Origin: Methanobacteriota archaeon
GTDB taxonomy: Archaea; Undinarchaeota; Undinarchaeia; Undinarchaeales; Undinarchaeaceae
Direction: 5' to 3'
Length of the DNA: 64,000 nt
Assembly (NCBI GenBank): GCA_002687935.1
Contig: NZBN01000002.1
Coordinates: 102,592 to 166,591 of the forward strand
Every line of letters starts with the position of its first letter. Within the stretch, counting starts at the first letter, position 1. Below the pieces are notes generated by a model. That model was not told the origin of the DNA. It saw only the letters and a program-made list of their open reading frames with translations, and made no database searches. A program made the translations under genes and the position numbers. Shown in pieces: positions 18,181 to 26,779 of this stretch.

Positions 18181-19359
18181 ATGACAGAGAGAACAAATTG
18201 GCTCAAAGACGAAGTACAAGGACTGAAAGACCAGAATCTTTTTGGAGAACTCCCTGTAATGGAAACACCAGCAGGTCCACGGATAAGAATCAATGGAAAG
18301 GATGTAATAACGCTTTCCTCAAATAATTATCTTAATTTTACAAATCACCCAAGAGTTATTGCCGCTGCAAAGAAGGCAATAGATGACTGGGGTTTCGGAA
18401 CCGGTGCTGTAAGACAGATAAACGGAACAATGCCAATACACAACGAGCTCGAGAAAGAGCTTGCTGAGTACAAGGGAACTGAATCTTCACTAGTTTTCGT
18501 CGCAGGAATTGCCGCAAATCGCGGGACAATACAGGCACTTATGGGACCTGAAGACGCGATTATATCCGACGAACTAAACCATGGCAGTATTATAGACGGA
18601 GTGCGACTGACGAAATCAGACAGAAAGATTTTTCCCCACAATGACATGGAGGGCCTGAGAAAGGCACTCCAGGAAACAAAAAATGCTCGAAGGCGACTTG
18701 TAGTTGCAGACGGAGTATTCTCAATGGACGGAGATATTTCTCCTCTGGACCAGATTGTCGAGCTTGCAGAGGAATTTGATGCGATGGTAATGGTTGACGA
18801 CGCTCACGGTGATGGTGTTCTCGGAAAAGAGGGTCGTGGAATTGTTGACCACTTCGGGCTTCACGGCCGCGTAGATATTGACATGGGAACTCTCTCGAAA
18901 GCTTTTGGATGTGTTGGAGGTTATATAGCAGGCGATCAGGAACTTAGAGATTATCTGACAAACAGAGCCCGCTCCTTCATTTTCACAACAGCTCACCCGC
19001 CGGCGATTGTACAGGCTTGCAGAGAAGCGATTAAGATTGTCCAGGAAGAGCCTGAGCATCACAAGCGGCTGTGGGATAACACTAAGCATTTCCAGGAGCA
19101 GATGAAGGACCTTGGCTTCAACACAGGAAGAACCCAGACACCAATAACTCCTGTAATTGTTGGAGAGGCCTCGAAGGCACAGGAACTTTCGAAGAGAATG
19201 TGGGACGAAGGAGTCTTCGTTAAACCAATAGTATTTCCTTTAGTTGCGAAGGACATGTCAAGAATCAGAGCAAACGTTACAGCAGGTCATACAAAGGAAG
19301 ATTTGGATGAGTGCGTAGAGAAGTTCGCGAAAGTCGGAAAGAGCATGGGACTAATATAA
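18181..19359 (+). CDS. kbl: PLP-dependent alpha-oxoamine synthase, most like glycine C-acetyltransferase (KBL/BioF family)
   Basis: LSSNNYL, GTGAVRQING, SDELNHGSIIDG, DGVFSMDGD, VDDAHGDG, GTLSKAFG. Confidence 0.8.
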   Translation: MTERTNWLKDEVQGLKDQNLFGELPVMETPAGPRIRINGKDVITLSSNNYLNFTNHPRVIAAAKKAIDDWGFGTGAVRQINGTMPIHNELEKELAEYKGTESSLVFVAGIAANRGTIQALMGPEDAIISDELNHGSIIDGVRLTKSDRKIFPHNDMEGLRKALQETKNARRRLVVADGVFSMDGDISPLDQIVELAEEFDAMVMVDDAHGDGVLGKEGRGIVDHFGLHGRVDIDMGTLSKAFGCVGGYIAGDQELRDYLTNRARSFIFTTAHPPAIVQACREAIKIVQEEPEHHKRLWDNTKHFQEQMKDLGFNTGRTQTPITPVIVGEASKAQELSKRMWDEGVFVKPIVFPLVAKDMSRIRANVTAGHTKEDLDECVEKFAKVGKSMGLI

Positions 19360-19392
19360 TCCTACTTTAATCTAGGATTAGTTCAAAACCAC

Positions 19393-19566
19393 TCACTTCA
19401 TATAATGACTGGCAACTATTAGTCCACCGGCGATTATTTGAATTATCGAATGTATCTGCACCTGGTCCTGAGGTAGTCCCTTTAGCAGAGTAAAGATGTG
19501 CAACCCTATAACTGCGACTACTCCAATCCAGAACAAATACTTTGATGTCTGTGCTTCCTTTGCCAT
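19393..19566 (-). CDS. Small 2-TM membrane protein, 57 aa (below ORF-track cutoff)
   Basis: MAKEAQTSKYLFWIGVVAVIGLHIFTLLKGLPQDQVQIHSIIQIIAGGLIVASHYMK; fills an otherwise empty gap. Confidence 0.65.
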   Translation of the reverse strand: MAKEAQTSKYLFWIGVVAVIGLHIFTLLKGLPQDQVQIHSIIQIIAGGLIVASHYMK

Positions 19567-19601
19567 AAAAGTGGATAGGGAAGTTTAGTATATAATAGTA
19601 A

Positions 19602-20288
19602 TTATTTCAGCTTCTTCTGCTCTTCCAGTTTCGGAGTCTCCGCATAACAGCGGTCTTCATACTCACAAAATCTGCAGATATACCCTTTGTCCTCAATGCG
19701 CGCTTCAGGAACCGGAATAATATTATTTGTCAGACTTGTATGGAGAATTTTGAAACGCTCAATTATTTTATTTGCCATTTCTTCATCATAAGTAAGTGGG
19801 AAAACTTTTGACTTGAGATTTTGTTTGTCAATATACAGAATAACACCATCTTTTATATCAAGAGAATTCATATAAAGCTGTAACTGCATTTTGTGCTCAG
19901 GCTTCGCATCATCGAGACCATTGAGCTGTTTTATTGATTTTACCTCAATTAAGAGCTTCTTGCTGTCTTCCTTCAAAAGAATTAGATTGTCAATTCTTCC
20001 CGAGATTATGAAATCTTCCACTTCTCTGGTGAACGGAATTTCATCACCGATTGAATCTATATGTGCGTTTTTGTCGCTTTCCAGGACCTTGACAACAAAG
20101 TCATGAATCATATCTCCAAGTGCAAAAATCTTTATCAAGTCCTTGTCCTTTTCTTCGCTCGGGAAATTATAGCTGTACCAAATCTTGCGGAGACAGCTGC
20201 CTATCTCCGACGGATAGTAACGCCCAATTGTCTTCTTCTTACTTTCGCGCTTGAGGAAATTGTCCACAAGTTCATCAAAATCAATCAT
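19602..20288 (-). CDS. Stand-alone Cas4-like PD-(D/E)xK exonuclease with 4-Cys Fe-S site
   Basis: YYPSEIGSCLRK, GDMIHD, ISGRID...LIEVKS, QLQLYM, CRFCEYEDRC. Confidence 0.85.
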   Translation of the reverse strand: MIDFDELVDNFLKRESKKKTIGRYYPSEIGSCLRKIWYSYNFPSEEKDKDLIKIFALGDMIHDFVVKVLESDKNAHIDSIGDEIPFTREVEDFIISGRIDNLILLKEDSKKLLIEVKSIKQLNGLDDAKPEHKMQLQLYMNSLDIKDGVILYIDKQNLKSKVFPLTYDEEMANKIIERFKILHTSLTNNIIPVPEARIEDKGYICRFCEYEDRCYAETPKLEEQKKLK

Positions 20289-20350
20289 AAAAATAGCATT
20301 ATCTGAGCTAGGATATATAATTTTAATTAGCTGAGACGAGTTAATGAATT

Positions 20351-20734
20351 TTATTTCTCAAGAAGAACTGCATTGATGTAGCCTTCTTGTCCAGGTCTGT
20401 TAGTAACTTTTGCAGAACCTGCGCTTGTTTCAAGAACTGCACCCTTTGTTATTGTGTTTCGGCGGATATAGTGCTGATTAGCTTTATTATCACTGACAGA
20501 CAAAATCTCAGCCTTCTTGAACTTCTTAGTCTTCAAATCAAGAACATTGACTTCCTTTACAGTAATTGCCCGAGATTTTATGTTTCCGCCACATCCTCGG
20601 ACAGACTGTGTCTTGCCTGCACCGATTCGGACCTCAATTTGATCACGTCCAAGAGCGTGAAAACGCTTCTTTCGGTAGGCGATATACCTTCCGCCTGTGT
20701 TCTTCCTCTTTGGTCTTTCCTGTAGTCTTGCCAT
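20351..20734 (-). CDS. rps8e: 30S ribosomal protein S8e (eS8)
   Basis: RKNTGGRY, VRGCGGNIK, YIRRNTITKGAVLET, VTNRPGQEGYINAVL. Confidence 0.96.
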   Translation of the reverse strand: MARLQERPKRKNTGGRYIAYRKKRFHALGRDQIEVRIGAGKTQSVRGCGGNIKSRAITVKEVNVLDLKTKKFKKAEILSVSDNKANQHYIRRNTITKGAVLETSAGSAKVTNRPGQEGYINAVLLEK

Positions 20735-20853
20735 TTGCCTTCTTATAGGAAACTTCTTGCTTTAAATAATTATCTAAGTCCTCCTGACAGCGTTTAAAAG
20801 AGGCTCCAGCAAGCAATAATTATAAATAGTCGTTTATGGGTAGAGAAGGCACT

Positions 20854-21081
20854 ATGGGAGAAAGACCTTTTGATTCTCTGAATCAATCATTGGGAAATCC
20901 GGTTATTTTGCGTCTTAAAGACGGAGGAGAAATCCGCGGAATTTTGAAAGCTTTCGATGTTCACATGAATGTCGTGCTTGAAGATACAGAGGAGACAGAC
21001 TCAGAGAGCACAAAGAGATTTGGAACCCTCATTGTCAGAGGAGACAATATTATTTTCATAAGCCCGAACAACAAGAAGTGA
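20854..21081 (+). CDS. Sm-like archaeal protein (SmAP1/Lsm)
   Basis: RPFDSLNQSLG, GILKAFDVHMNVVL, IVRGDNIIFISP; upstream of rpl37e as usual. Confidence 0.95.
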   Translation: MGERPFDSLNQSLGNPVILRLKDGGEIRGILKAFDVHMNVVLEDTEETDSESTKRFGTLIVRGDNIIFISPNNKK

Positions 21082-21087
21082 GGAAAG

Positions 21088-21249
21088 ATGGGAAAAGGAA
21101 CACCTTCAAGGGGAAAACATAACAAAAGAACGCACATTCGCTGCAGACGCTGCGGAAAGCATGCATACCATGCAACGCATGAAGTCTGTGCCAGCTGTGG
21201 CTTCGGAAAGAGTTCAAAACTCAGAAGCTTCGCCTGGCAAAATAGGTAA
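21088..21249 (+). CDS. rpl37e: 50S ribosomal protein L37e (53 aa, not in ORF track)
   Basis: [53 protein letters not shown]. Confidence 0.96.
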   Translation: MGKGTPSRGKHNKRTHIRCRRCGKHAYHATHEVCASCGFGKSSKLRSFAWQNR

Positions 21250-21279
21250 ATTTATAACCGCAGTACCTTATTCCTACTT

Positions 21280-22848
21280 GTGAAAAGATTAATTATCATC
21301 TTGATTGCGCTGATTTTGATAGCCCCTGGTGTTTATGCTCACCACAGCAGTGTAAATTTGGAGAGTATAACAGATAACTCAAAGATTGTGGAAGAAGGAG
21401 AACTTGTTGAAGAAACAGATGACAATGATTCTGATGATGACCCACTTACAAGAGGAGAAGTGGCGAAGAAGATGGTAGATGAATTAGGGATGATTCCTGA
21501 ATACGATGACACTGGTTTTGAAGACACAGAAATTGATTGGGATGCAGATTCTATAGAAGCTCTTGATGACGCGGGAGTAGTCAAGGGTTATGATGATGAG
21601 GGTATATTCAAACCTGAAACAGAAACTGCCCTTAAGGAGTTAAATTTAATTTTGACGGATTTTGGAATGGCTGAGAAAACCAGCGGAATTATAAGAGATT
21701 TGAGTTCCTCAATTGATGCAAGTTCCGAAGGAATATCAGAATTTGAGAAGGAGATGCAGATGAGGAATTTGGAAGACCTGCGAAGCCTGATTTCTAACTC
21801 CAGAGAAAGTGATGAAGAAAGGGAAAGTGCTCTGGCCCTTGTTGAGCAGGTGCGGATATTTTTTATTGCCATTCCATCAATTTCAGATGACCTTTCTCAA
21901 GCCTTGCAAGAACCCCGTGAGACATTTCGTGGAATACAAGAAGTAGACTCTGTGCAGAGAATAAGGCAGGGAATTTCAGAAGTCAGACAGATTCTAGATC
22001 AGATAAATTCCGAGAACAAGGAAGCCACACAGTTTGAGGCAATGTCACTTTTGAAAGAAATAAAAAGTTTTACAGATTCGGCAAAGCTTGACGAGGAGGA
22101 GAGGGAAAGTTTTGATAGCCAGATAGAGAAACTAAAATTCCTGATAAGAAGCGCAGAAAGTCCTGATGTAAAGAAAGCAAGACTGATAAAAAAGAAGGCT
22201 ACAGTACTTTCAACAGACGAACTCAAAGTAATAAAGAGGAAAATAAGGGATATTTCTGAAGATGCAGATTGTGAAGAAAGTGATGACCGAGAAGAAAGAA
22301 TACGTTGTAGACTCGCGGTTGTAAAGGAACATGGAACTTACCTTGTTTCAGAAGAAGAGTATGACAGTGATGAGTGCCGGGATCTGAAAGGAGAGCAAAA
22401 AGAATCCTGCAACCTGAAGTATACCTCATATAGAAAATGTTCTGAAATTAATGAAGAGAGGGAAGAAGTCCTATCTTGCGTTAGGAAAGCACTTGGAACC
22501 GAAAATAATGTTAAAGAAGATGTTTCTGAATGCAAACAAATGGAAGGCGAAGACAGAACAAAGTGCGAGATTGAAGTAAAGGATAGAGTTTATGACACAA
22601 TAAAAATAAGACTTCAAGGACTGCAAGATAAGGCCGAGGAATATCTTTCACGAGGATATGTAAGTGAAGAGCTGGCTTCGAGACTCATAAATTCAATTGA
22701 ATTAAAGAAGGGAGAATTTGACTCTGCTGAAACTCTTTGGGAAAAGAGAGAAATCATTAATCAGGTGAAGCGGATTTGGAGCGCATTTGTTGAAACTGGA
22801 AAAGCAGAATACCAAAAACAGCAGGAGGTCGGAATAAATGAAATATAA
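21280..22848 (+). CDS. Secreted acidic protein with SLH-like segment, coiled coil and Cys-spaced helical repeats
   Basis: Signal peptide; LTRGEVAK...FEDTEIDWDADSIEALDDAGVVKGYDDEGIFKP resembles S-layer homology motif; eight spaced Cys in the C-terminal half. Confidence 0.6.
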   Translation: MKRLIIILIALILIAPGVYAHHSSVNLESITDNSKIVEEGELVEETDDNDSDDDPLTRGEVAKKMVDELGMIPEYDDTGFEDTEIDWDADSIEALDDAGVVKGYDDEGIFKPETETALKELNLILTDFGMAEKTSGIIRDLSSSIDASSEGISEFEKEMQMRNLEDLRSLISNSRESDEERESALALVEQVRIFFIAIPSISDDLSQALQEPRETFRGIQEVDSVQRIRQGISEVRQILDQINSENKEATQFEAMSLLKEIKSFTDSAKLDEEERESFDSQIEKLKFLIRSAESPDVKKARLIKKKATVLSTDELKVIKRKIRDISEDADCEESDDREERIRCRLAVVKEHGTYLVSEEEYDSDECRDLKGEQKESCNLKYTSYRKCSEINEEREEVLSCVRKALGTENNVKEDVSECKQMEGEDRTKCEIEVKDRVYDTIKIRLQGLQDKAEEYLSRGYVSEELASRLINSIELKKGEFDSAETLWEKREIINQVKRIWSAFVETGKAEYQKQQEVGINEI

Positions 22849-23035
22849 AATAATTGCACTTGTTCTTGCAGTTTTCGTAAGTGGGTGCACAGCGATAGAT
22901 GGTGGAGCAGGAGAAATTTCTGAAGAGGAAAAACAGGAACGTCAGGATGTCGAAGAACTCTTTGAAGATGACTTAGATGAGGCTCATGAAGATTTGGATG
23001 AGCTTGAAGAACTCTTTGAAGATGACTTAGATTAG
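22838..23035 (+). CDS. Small acidic lipoprotein-like protein (lipobox VSGC)
   Basis: MKYKIIALVLAVFVSGC then E/D-rich repeats; TAG stop falls inside the second repeat unit. Confidence 0.7.
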   Translation: MKYKIIALVLAVFVSGCTAIDGGAGEISEEEKQERQDVEELFEDDLDEAHEDLDELEELFEDDLD

Positions 23036-23066
23036 GTTCATGAAGATTTGGACGAGCTTGAAGAAC
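22952..23066. repeat. 54-bp tandem repeat (about 2.1 copies)
   Basis: GAAGAACTCTTTGAAGATGACTTAGAT units begin at 22952 and 23006, partial at 23060. Confidence 0.9.
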
Positions 23067-23119
23067 GAGAGTATATCAGCAAACTTAAATAAAAGGAAGT
23101 TTCTATAAAGCTCTACTGC

Positions 23120-23192
<73 letters not shown>

Positions 23193-23193
<1 letters not shown>

Positions 23194-23199
23194 TTTTTT
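23193..23199 (+). terminator. Oligo-T archaeal terminator after tRNA-Lys
   Basis: Run of seven T immediately 3' of the acceptor stem. Confidence 0.5.
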
Positions 23200-23210
23200 A
23201 TTATTGTATA

Positions 23211-23504
23211 TTATGATGAGGCACGTGTAGCTTTGTAAATGAGATCACTCATTTCTCTGAACTGAGTTCTTTCCATACTATCGAGCTTGCTCAATATATC
23301 TAAAATGGATAGCCTCTCACCATCAATATCAAAACACATTGCCCCAACTGTGCTCTCTTTTTCAATTAATCTTCGAAGTTTTTTAGTACTGGAATCGTAT
23401 TTTTTCCAGCGTGGCGCCCCGTGTTTATTTTTAGCAGTAATGGCAGAGTACATATCTATAAATAAATGCATGACTTTTTTACTATGGTCTTTTTTCCAGA
23501 ACAT
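23211..23504 (-). CDS. Hypothetical protein
   Basis: 97-aa ORF filling the gap; no recognised motif. Confidence 0.55.
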   Translation of the reverse strand: MFWKKDHSKKVMHLFIDMYSAITAKNKHGAPRWKKYDSSTKKLRRLIEKESTVGAMCFDIDGERLSILDILSKLDSMERTQFREMSDLIYKATRASS

Positions 23505-23588
23505 CTTAACAATAACAATATAATTTAATTTTATTTAAAACTTAGGCTGTCCGATTTATTTATAAGAGAGGTAAGCATCTTATCAAGA

Positions 23589-24044
23589 ATGTTCACCCAA
23601 GTCATAACATTGATTGGCATTGTAATATTGGGATCCTTCATAAGCATAGGCGCCAGAAGAGCTGACCTACAGGGAATCGAACTATGGCTGCCTTTCGGAC
23701 TGCTTATATCATATGCATATTCACCACTCTGGGGTTTCCTCATCGCCTTTCTGATGCTTTTGATATCCTGGATTGTATTCCCCTATGGAGTACAATACCT
23801 AGCTCTGACTTCAGCATTCCTTATTCCAACTTTCGCGATAACTAATTTCTTCCCGATAAGTGAGGCAAGCTTCTTTAGCACAATAATGGGGATTGTTGTA
23901 GCCTACAACATAATTTCAAATGTAGCCTATGTATTGTTCGGGGCAAATATAGTCCGAATAATAAAGTTCGCAGTTTTCTCTGTGGCATTTAACTGGATAA
24001 TAATGTATTATTTTGGATGGACCTTCATCCAATGGCTAGCTTGA
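23589..24044 (+). CDS. Hypothetical multi-pass membrane protein
   Basis: Four to five hydrophobic segments over 151 aa. Confidence 0.7.
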   Translation: MFTQVITLIGIVILGSFISIGARRADLQGIELWLPFGLLISYAYSPLWGFLIAFLMLLISWIVFPYGVQYLALTSAFLIPTFAITNFFPISEASFFSTIMGIVVAYNIISNVAYVLFGANIVRIIKFAVFSVAFNWIIMYYFGWTFIQWLA

Positions 24045-24153
24045 GGAAGATTAATATAAGCACATATTCAAGAAAATTGTAAACAGGTGAGGAGAATGGC
24101 AGAAAAAACAACAGGTGATCCAAGTGACGCGGGTGGAGAACCAAACCATAGGT

Positions 24154-25365
24154 ATGAAGTTCCTGCTCAGCTTCATATACGAGAACACGAAAGAGCTTAA
24201 GGAGAGCTCAGCTGCACTTTTTTTATCCATATTTGCTTCTGCTGTAGCAGGTGCCTTTCTGAGCAGTTCAAAGGAAATGCTCCTAATTATACCTGGACTT
24301 ATAATTCTGGTTCCAGGCGCAACGAATATGAGAGGGGCAATTTTTGGCGCTGTTGGTGCAAGGCTTGGCTCGGCATTTCATCTCGGACAAATAAAATCCT
24401 TTGGTCTGAAAAATGATGTAGTAAAAACCAATGTTCTTTCTTCTGCGTATCTGAGTATTATTTTTCCAGTAATACTTGCATCACTTGCCTCTCTCTTCTC
24501 CACCGTTCTTGGCTTAGAAGGTGCAACAATATCAACTTTCATAACAATAGCCTTCATGGGAAGTATATTTGCAGGCTCAATCCTGCTTCTTGTAACATTC
24601 TTTATAGCATTTACAGCATATGGAAGGGGCTGGGATCCAGACAATGTTACGTCTCCACTAATTGCTTCAATCGGAGACATAATTACCCTGCCTTCACTTC
24701 TTGCTGCTGCCTGGCTGACACTTCGTTTTTCAAATTTTTCTGATTATTTTTCACTTGGAGTTATTGGACTCCTAATTATATTGATAATAACAATCATTCT
24801 CGGAAAAGACTCTAAAACACGTGTAATAGTTGTACAGAGTTCTGCAGTCCTTTTAGTAACAACACTTCTGAACACAATATCAGGTCTTCTTCTACAAGAC
24901 ACCCTCGGAACTCTGATTGCAATACCTAGTGTTTTGGTTCTTCTACCGGCCTTTCTCTCACAAGGAGGAAATATCGGAAGTATATTCGCATCGCGTTTCA
25001 CAACAAAACTGCATCTTGGAATAATTCATGAAGAATATAGGGGAGGATTTGAAACACTTAAAGAAATGTTTGGAGCTTACACATTTGCACTTTTAATATT
25101 CCCAGTAGTAGGTGCAATTTCAATTGGAATTTCAGGATTTATTGGAATACCAAATATACTTGGAACTAAGCTTATTCTGATAAGCCTCATTGGAGGATTG
25201 ATTGTTACAACAGTTGTGGTTCTTTCTTCCTTTTTCATCTCCATATTTTTCATGCGACGCTCAATTGACCCGGACAATGTGATAGTGCCAATAATAACCA
25301 GTATGGCAGATATATTTGGAGTAATTTCTCTTGTAATTGTCCTGACACTTTTCGGAGCAGTATAA
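24154..25365 (+). CDS. MgtE/SLC41-type divalent cation transporter (two MgtE membrane repeats)
   Basis: GAIFGAVGARL, WDPDNVTSPLIASIGD, GGNIGSIFASR, IDPDNVIVPIITSMAD. Start uncertain (24115 GTG or 24154 ATG). Confidence 0.88.
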   Translation: MKFLLSFIYENTKELKESSAALFLSIFASAVAGAFLSSSKEMLLIIPGLIILVPGATNMRGAIFGAVGARLGSAFHLGQIKSFGLKNDVVKTNVLSSAYLSIIFPVILASLASLFSTVLGLEGATISTFITIAFMGSIFAGSILLLVTFFIAFTAYGRGWDPDNVTSPLIASIGDIITLPSLLAAAWLTLRFSNFSDYFSLGVIGLLIILIITIILGKDSKTRVIVVQSSAVLLVTTLLNTISGLLLQDTLGTLIAIPSVLVLLPAFLSQGGNIGSIFASRFTTKLHLGIIHEEYRGGFETLKEMFGAYTFALLIFPVVGAISIGISGFIGIPNILGTKLILISLIGGLIVTTVVVLSSFFISIFFMRRSIDPDNVIVPIITSMADIFGVISLVIVLTLFGAV

Positions 25366-25416
25366 ACACAAGAAATAAAAAGAGTTGAATTCAAACATAG
25401 AGAGCCAGACACAAGT

Positions 25417-25555
25417 GCCGGCGTAGCTCAGTCTGGTTAGAGCGCTAGACTCATAAGCATCTTATGAGTGATGATCCTTTCTTGAGCAAGAAGGGAAGTG
25501 ACTTATGTGGCGCTAAGACATCTAGAAGTCGCGTGTTCAAATCACGCCGCCGGCA
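25417..25555 (+). tRNA. tRNA-Met(CAT) with 64-nt intron at 37/38 (intron 25456-25519)
   Basis: Acceptor GCCGGCG/CGCCGGC, anticodon stem CTAGA/TCTAG, CAT at 25452-25454. BHB central helix CTCA/TAAG contains one C-A mismatch. Confidence 0.92.
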
Positions 25556-25587
25556 CTCATATTTATCACGCAATACAATAAGTCCCG

Positions 25588-26379
25588 ATGAAACTGAAGA
25601 TACTATCCTGGAATGTATGGGTTGGAAATAGGAAAGCACAGGAAGTTGTTGATTTTATTTTTTCGCAAAAGGCCGATATAATATGCCTTCAGGAAGTTCC
25701 TTCAGATATATTTGAGCTTCTTCAAACGAGTTCACTACAAGAAAACTACTATTTTTATCAGGCAGTGGACCACCTGGAAGTGAAGAAACATGGGACTGCA
25801 AGTCACCTAGTAACTATGTTTAAGAAGGATTTTAGGAGAGGACGATCAAATACCTTTGAACTTGGGGAAGGAGGTATCAGAAGAATTTACCAGAGAATAA
25901 TGAAATGGCACGAGAGTGTTGAGGGTTCGTTTGTAGATATAGAAAGAAGGAGAAGAAAATACAGAATTTTCAATGTACATCTGGAGGCTGTTGCCCCGCC
26001 AAGAAACCGAGAGAAGCAATTTAAAAAAATGTTGAAACAGAGAGAGCCAATTGGAGTAAATATTGTGTGTGGAGATTTTAATATAATAGGTGGAGGAAAA
26101 ATTAAAAACTTCTTTCTTGCACCACTTTTTACAGTAATTTATGGTTTCAGGGGAAGAGACCTTGTAAAAAATGAAAAAAAAGAATTCAAAGAAGTATGTA
26201 GGAAATATGGTTTGAAAGATCCTTTTCTAGGAAAGAAAACTTACGCAGCTTTGGGACATACAAAATCTTTGGACAAAATATTAATCCCAGATAGTTTTGA
26301 AGTACTTGAAAAGGAGGTTATTAAAAAACTCTATGGCTCCGACCACTATCCTATTATTCTGGAAGTAAAAGAAAAGTAG
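25588..26379 (+). CDS. Endonuclease/exonuclease/phosphatase (EEP) family protein
   Basis: KILSWNV, DIICLQEV, IFNVHL, IVCGDFN, LDKILI, GSDHYPI. Confidence 0.9.
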   Translation: MKLKILSWNVWVGNRKAQEVVDFIFSQKADIICLQEVPSDIFELLQTSSLQENYYFYQAVDHLEVKKHGTASHLVTMFKKDFRRGRSNTFELGEGGIRRIYQRIMKWHESVEGSFVDIERRRRKYRIFNVHLEAVAPPRNREKQFKKMLKQREPIGVNIVCGDFNIIGGGKIKNFFLAPLFTVIYGFRGRDLVKNEKKEFKEVCRKYGLKDPFLGKKTYAALGHTKSLDKILIPDSFEVLEKEVIKKLYGSDHYPIILEVKEK

Positions 26380-26424
26380 CCTATAGCAAGAAATAAAAAG
26401 AGATTATTTCATCAATACTTTTAT

Positions 26425-26445
26425 GCCTCGGTAGCTCAGATGGCA
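26425..26445 (+). repeat. Imperfect duplicate of the tRNA-Thr 5' end (acceptor 5' strand + D-arm start)
   Basis: GCCTCGGTAGCTCAGATGGCA vs GCCTCGGTAGCTCAATGGCA at 26515. Confidence 0.85.
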
Positions 26446-26514
26446 ACCTGCAAACAGGTTGATCATTTTGACTACATGAGCCCATCTAAAGAGGGGCTAA
26501 ATAGGCAGAATACC

Positions 26515-26586
26515 GCCTCGGTAGCTCAATGGCAGAGCGTCTGTTTTGTAAACAGAAGGTTGGGAGTTCAAATCTCCTCCGAGGCT
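26515..26586 (+). tRNA. tRNA-Thr(TGT)
   Basis: Acceptor GCCTCGG/CCGAGGC, anticodon arm TCTGT-TTTGTAA-ACAGA, T-arm GGGAG-TTCAAAT-CTCCT. Confidence 0.95.
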
Positions 26587-26662
26587 TTCCCCTTTTAGTT
26601 CAAATCACCTACTAACTCTATATATACTCGCCAAAATGCAAGTATACCATATAGGGACACAT

Positions 26663-26779
26663 ATGAACAATCTATACCCAACAAAAAGGGCATACAAAAG
26701 TGCAAAAGAGAAGCTAAAGAATAATAAAAAGATTATTCCTGAGAATAAAGAGAAAATATTGAATTATGAGAAAAATTAA
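26663..26779 (+). pseudogene. 38-aa ORF, possible N-terminal remnant of an archaeal tyrosine integrase
   Basis: MNNLYPTKRAYKSAKEKLKNNKKIIPENKEKILNYEKN; resemblance from memory only; lies 77 nt downstream of a tRNA. Confidence 0.3.

Noticed and set aside
19360-20350. CRISPR array or cas operon around the Cas4-like gene
   Set aside because: No regularly spaced repeats and no other cas genes; the flanks are a small membrane ORF and rps8e.
20735-20853. SRP RNA next to rps8e (common archaeal linkage)
   Set aside because: The gap is only about 100 nt, AT-rich, and lacks the GC-rich helices and helix-8 motif.
23033-23035. Pyrrolysine or genome-wide TAG recoding
   Set aside because: No pyl genes in the window, and TAG is a clear stop for conserved genes such as ileS, rhomboid and rpl40e.
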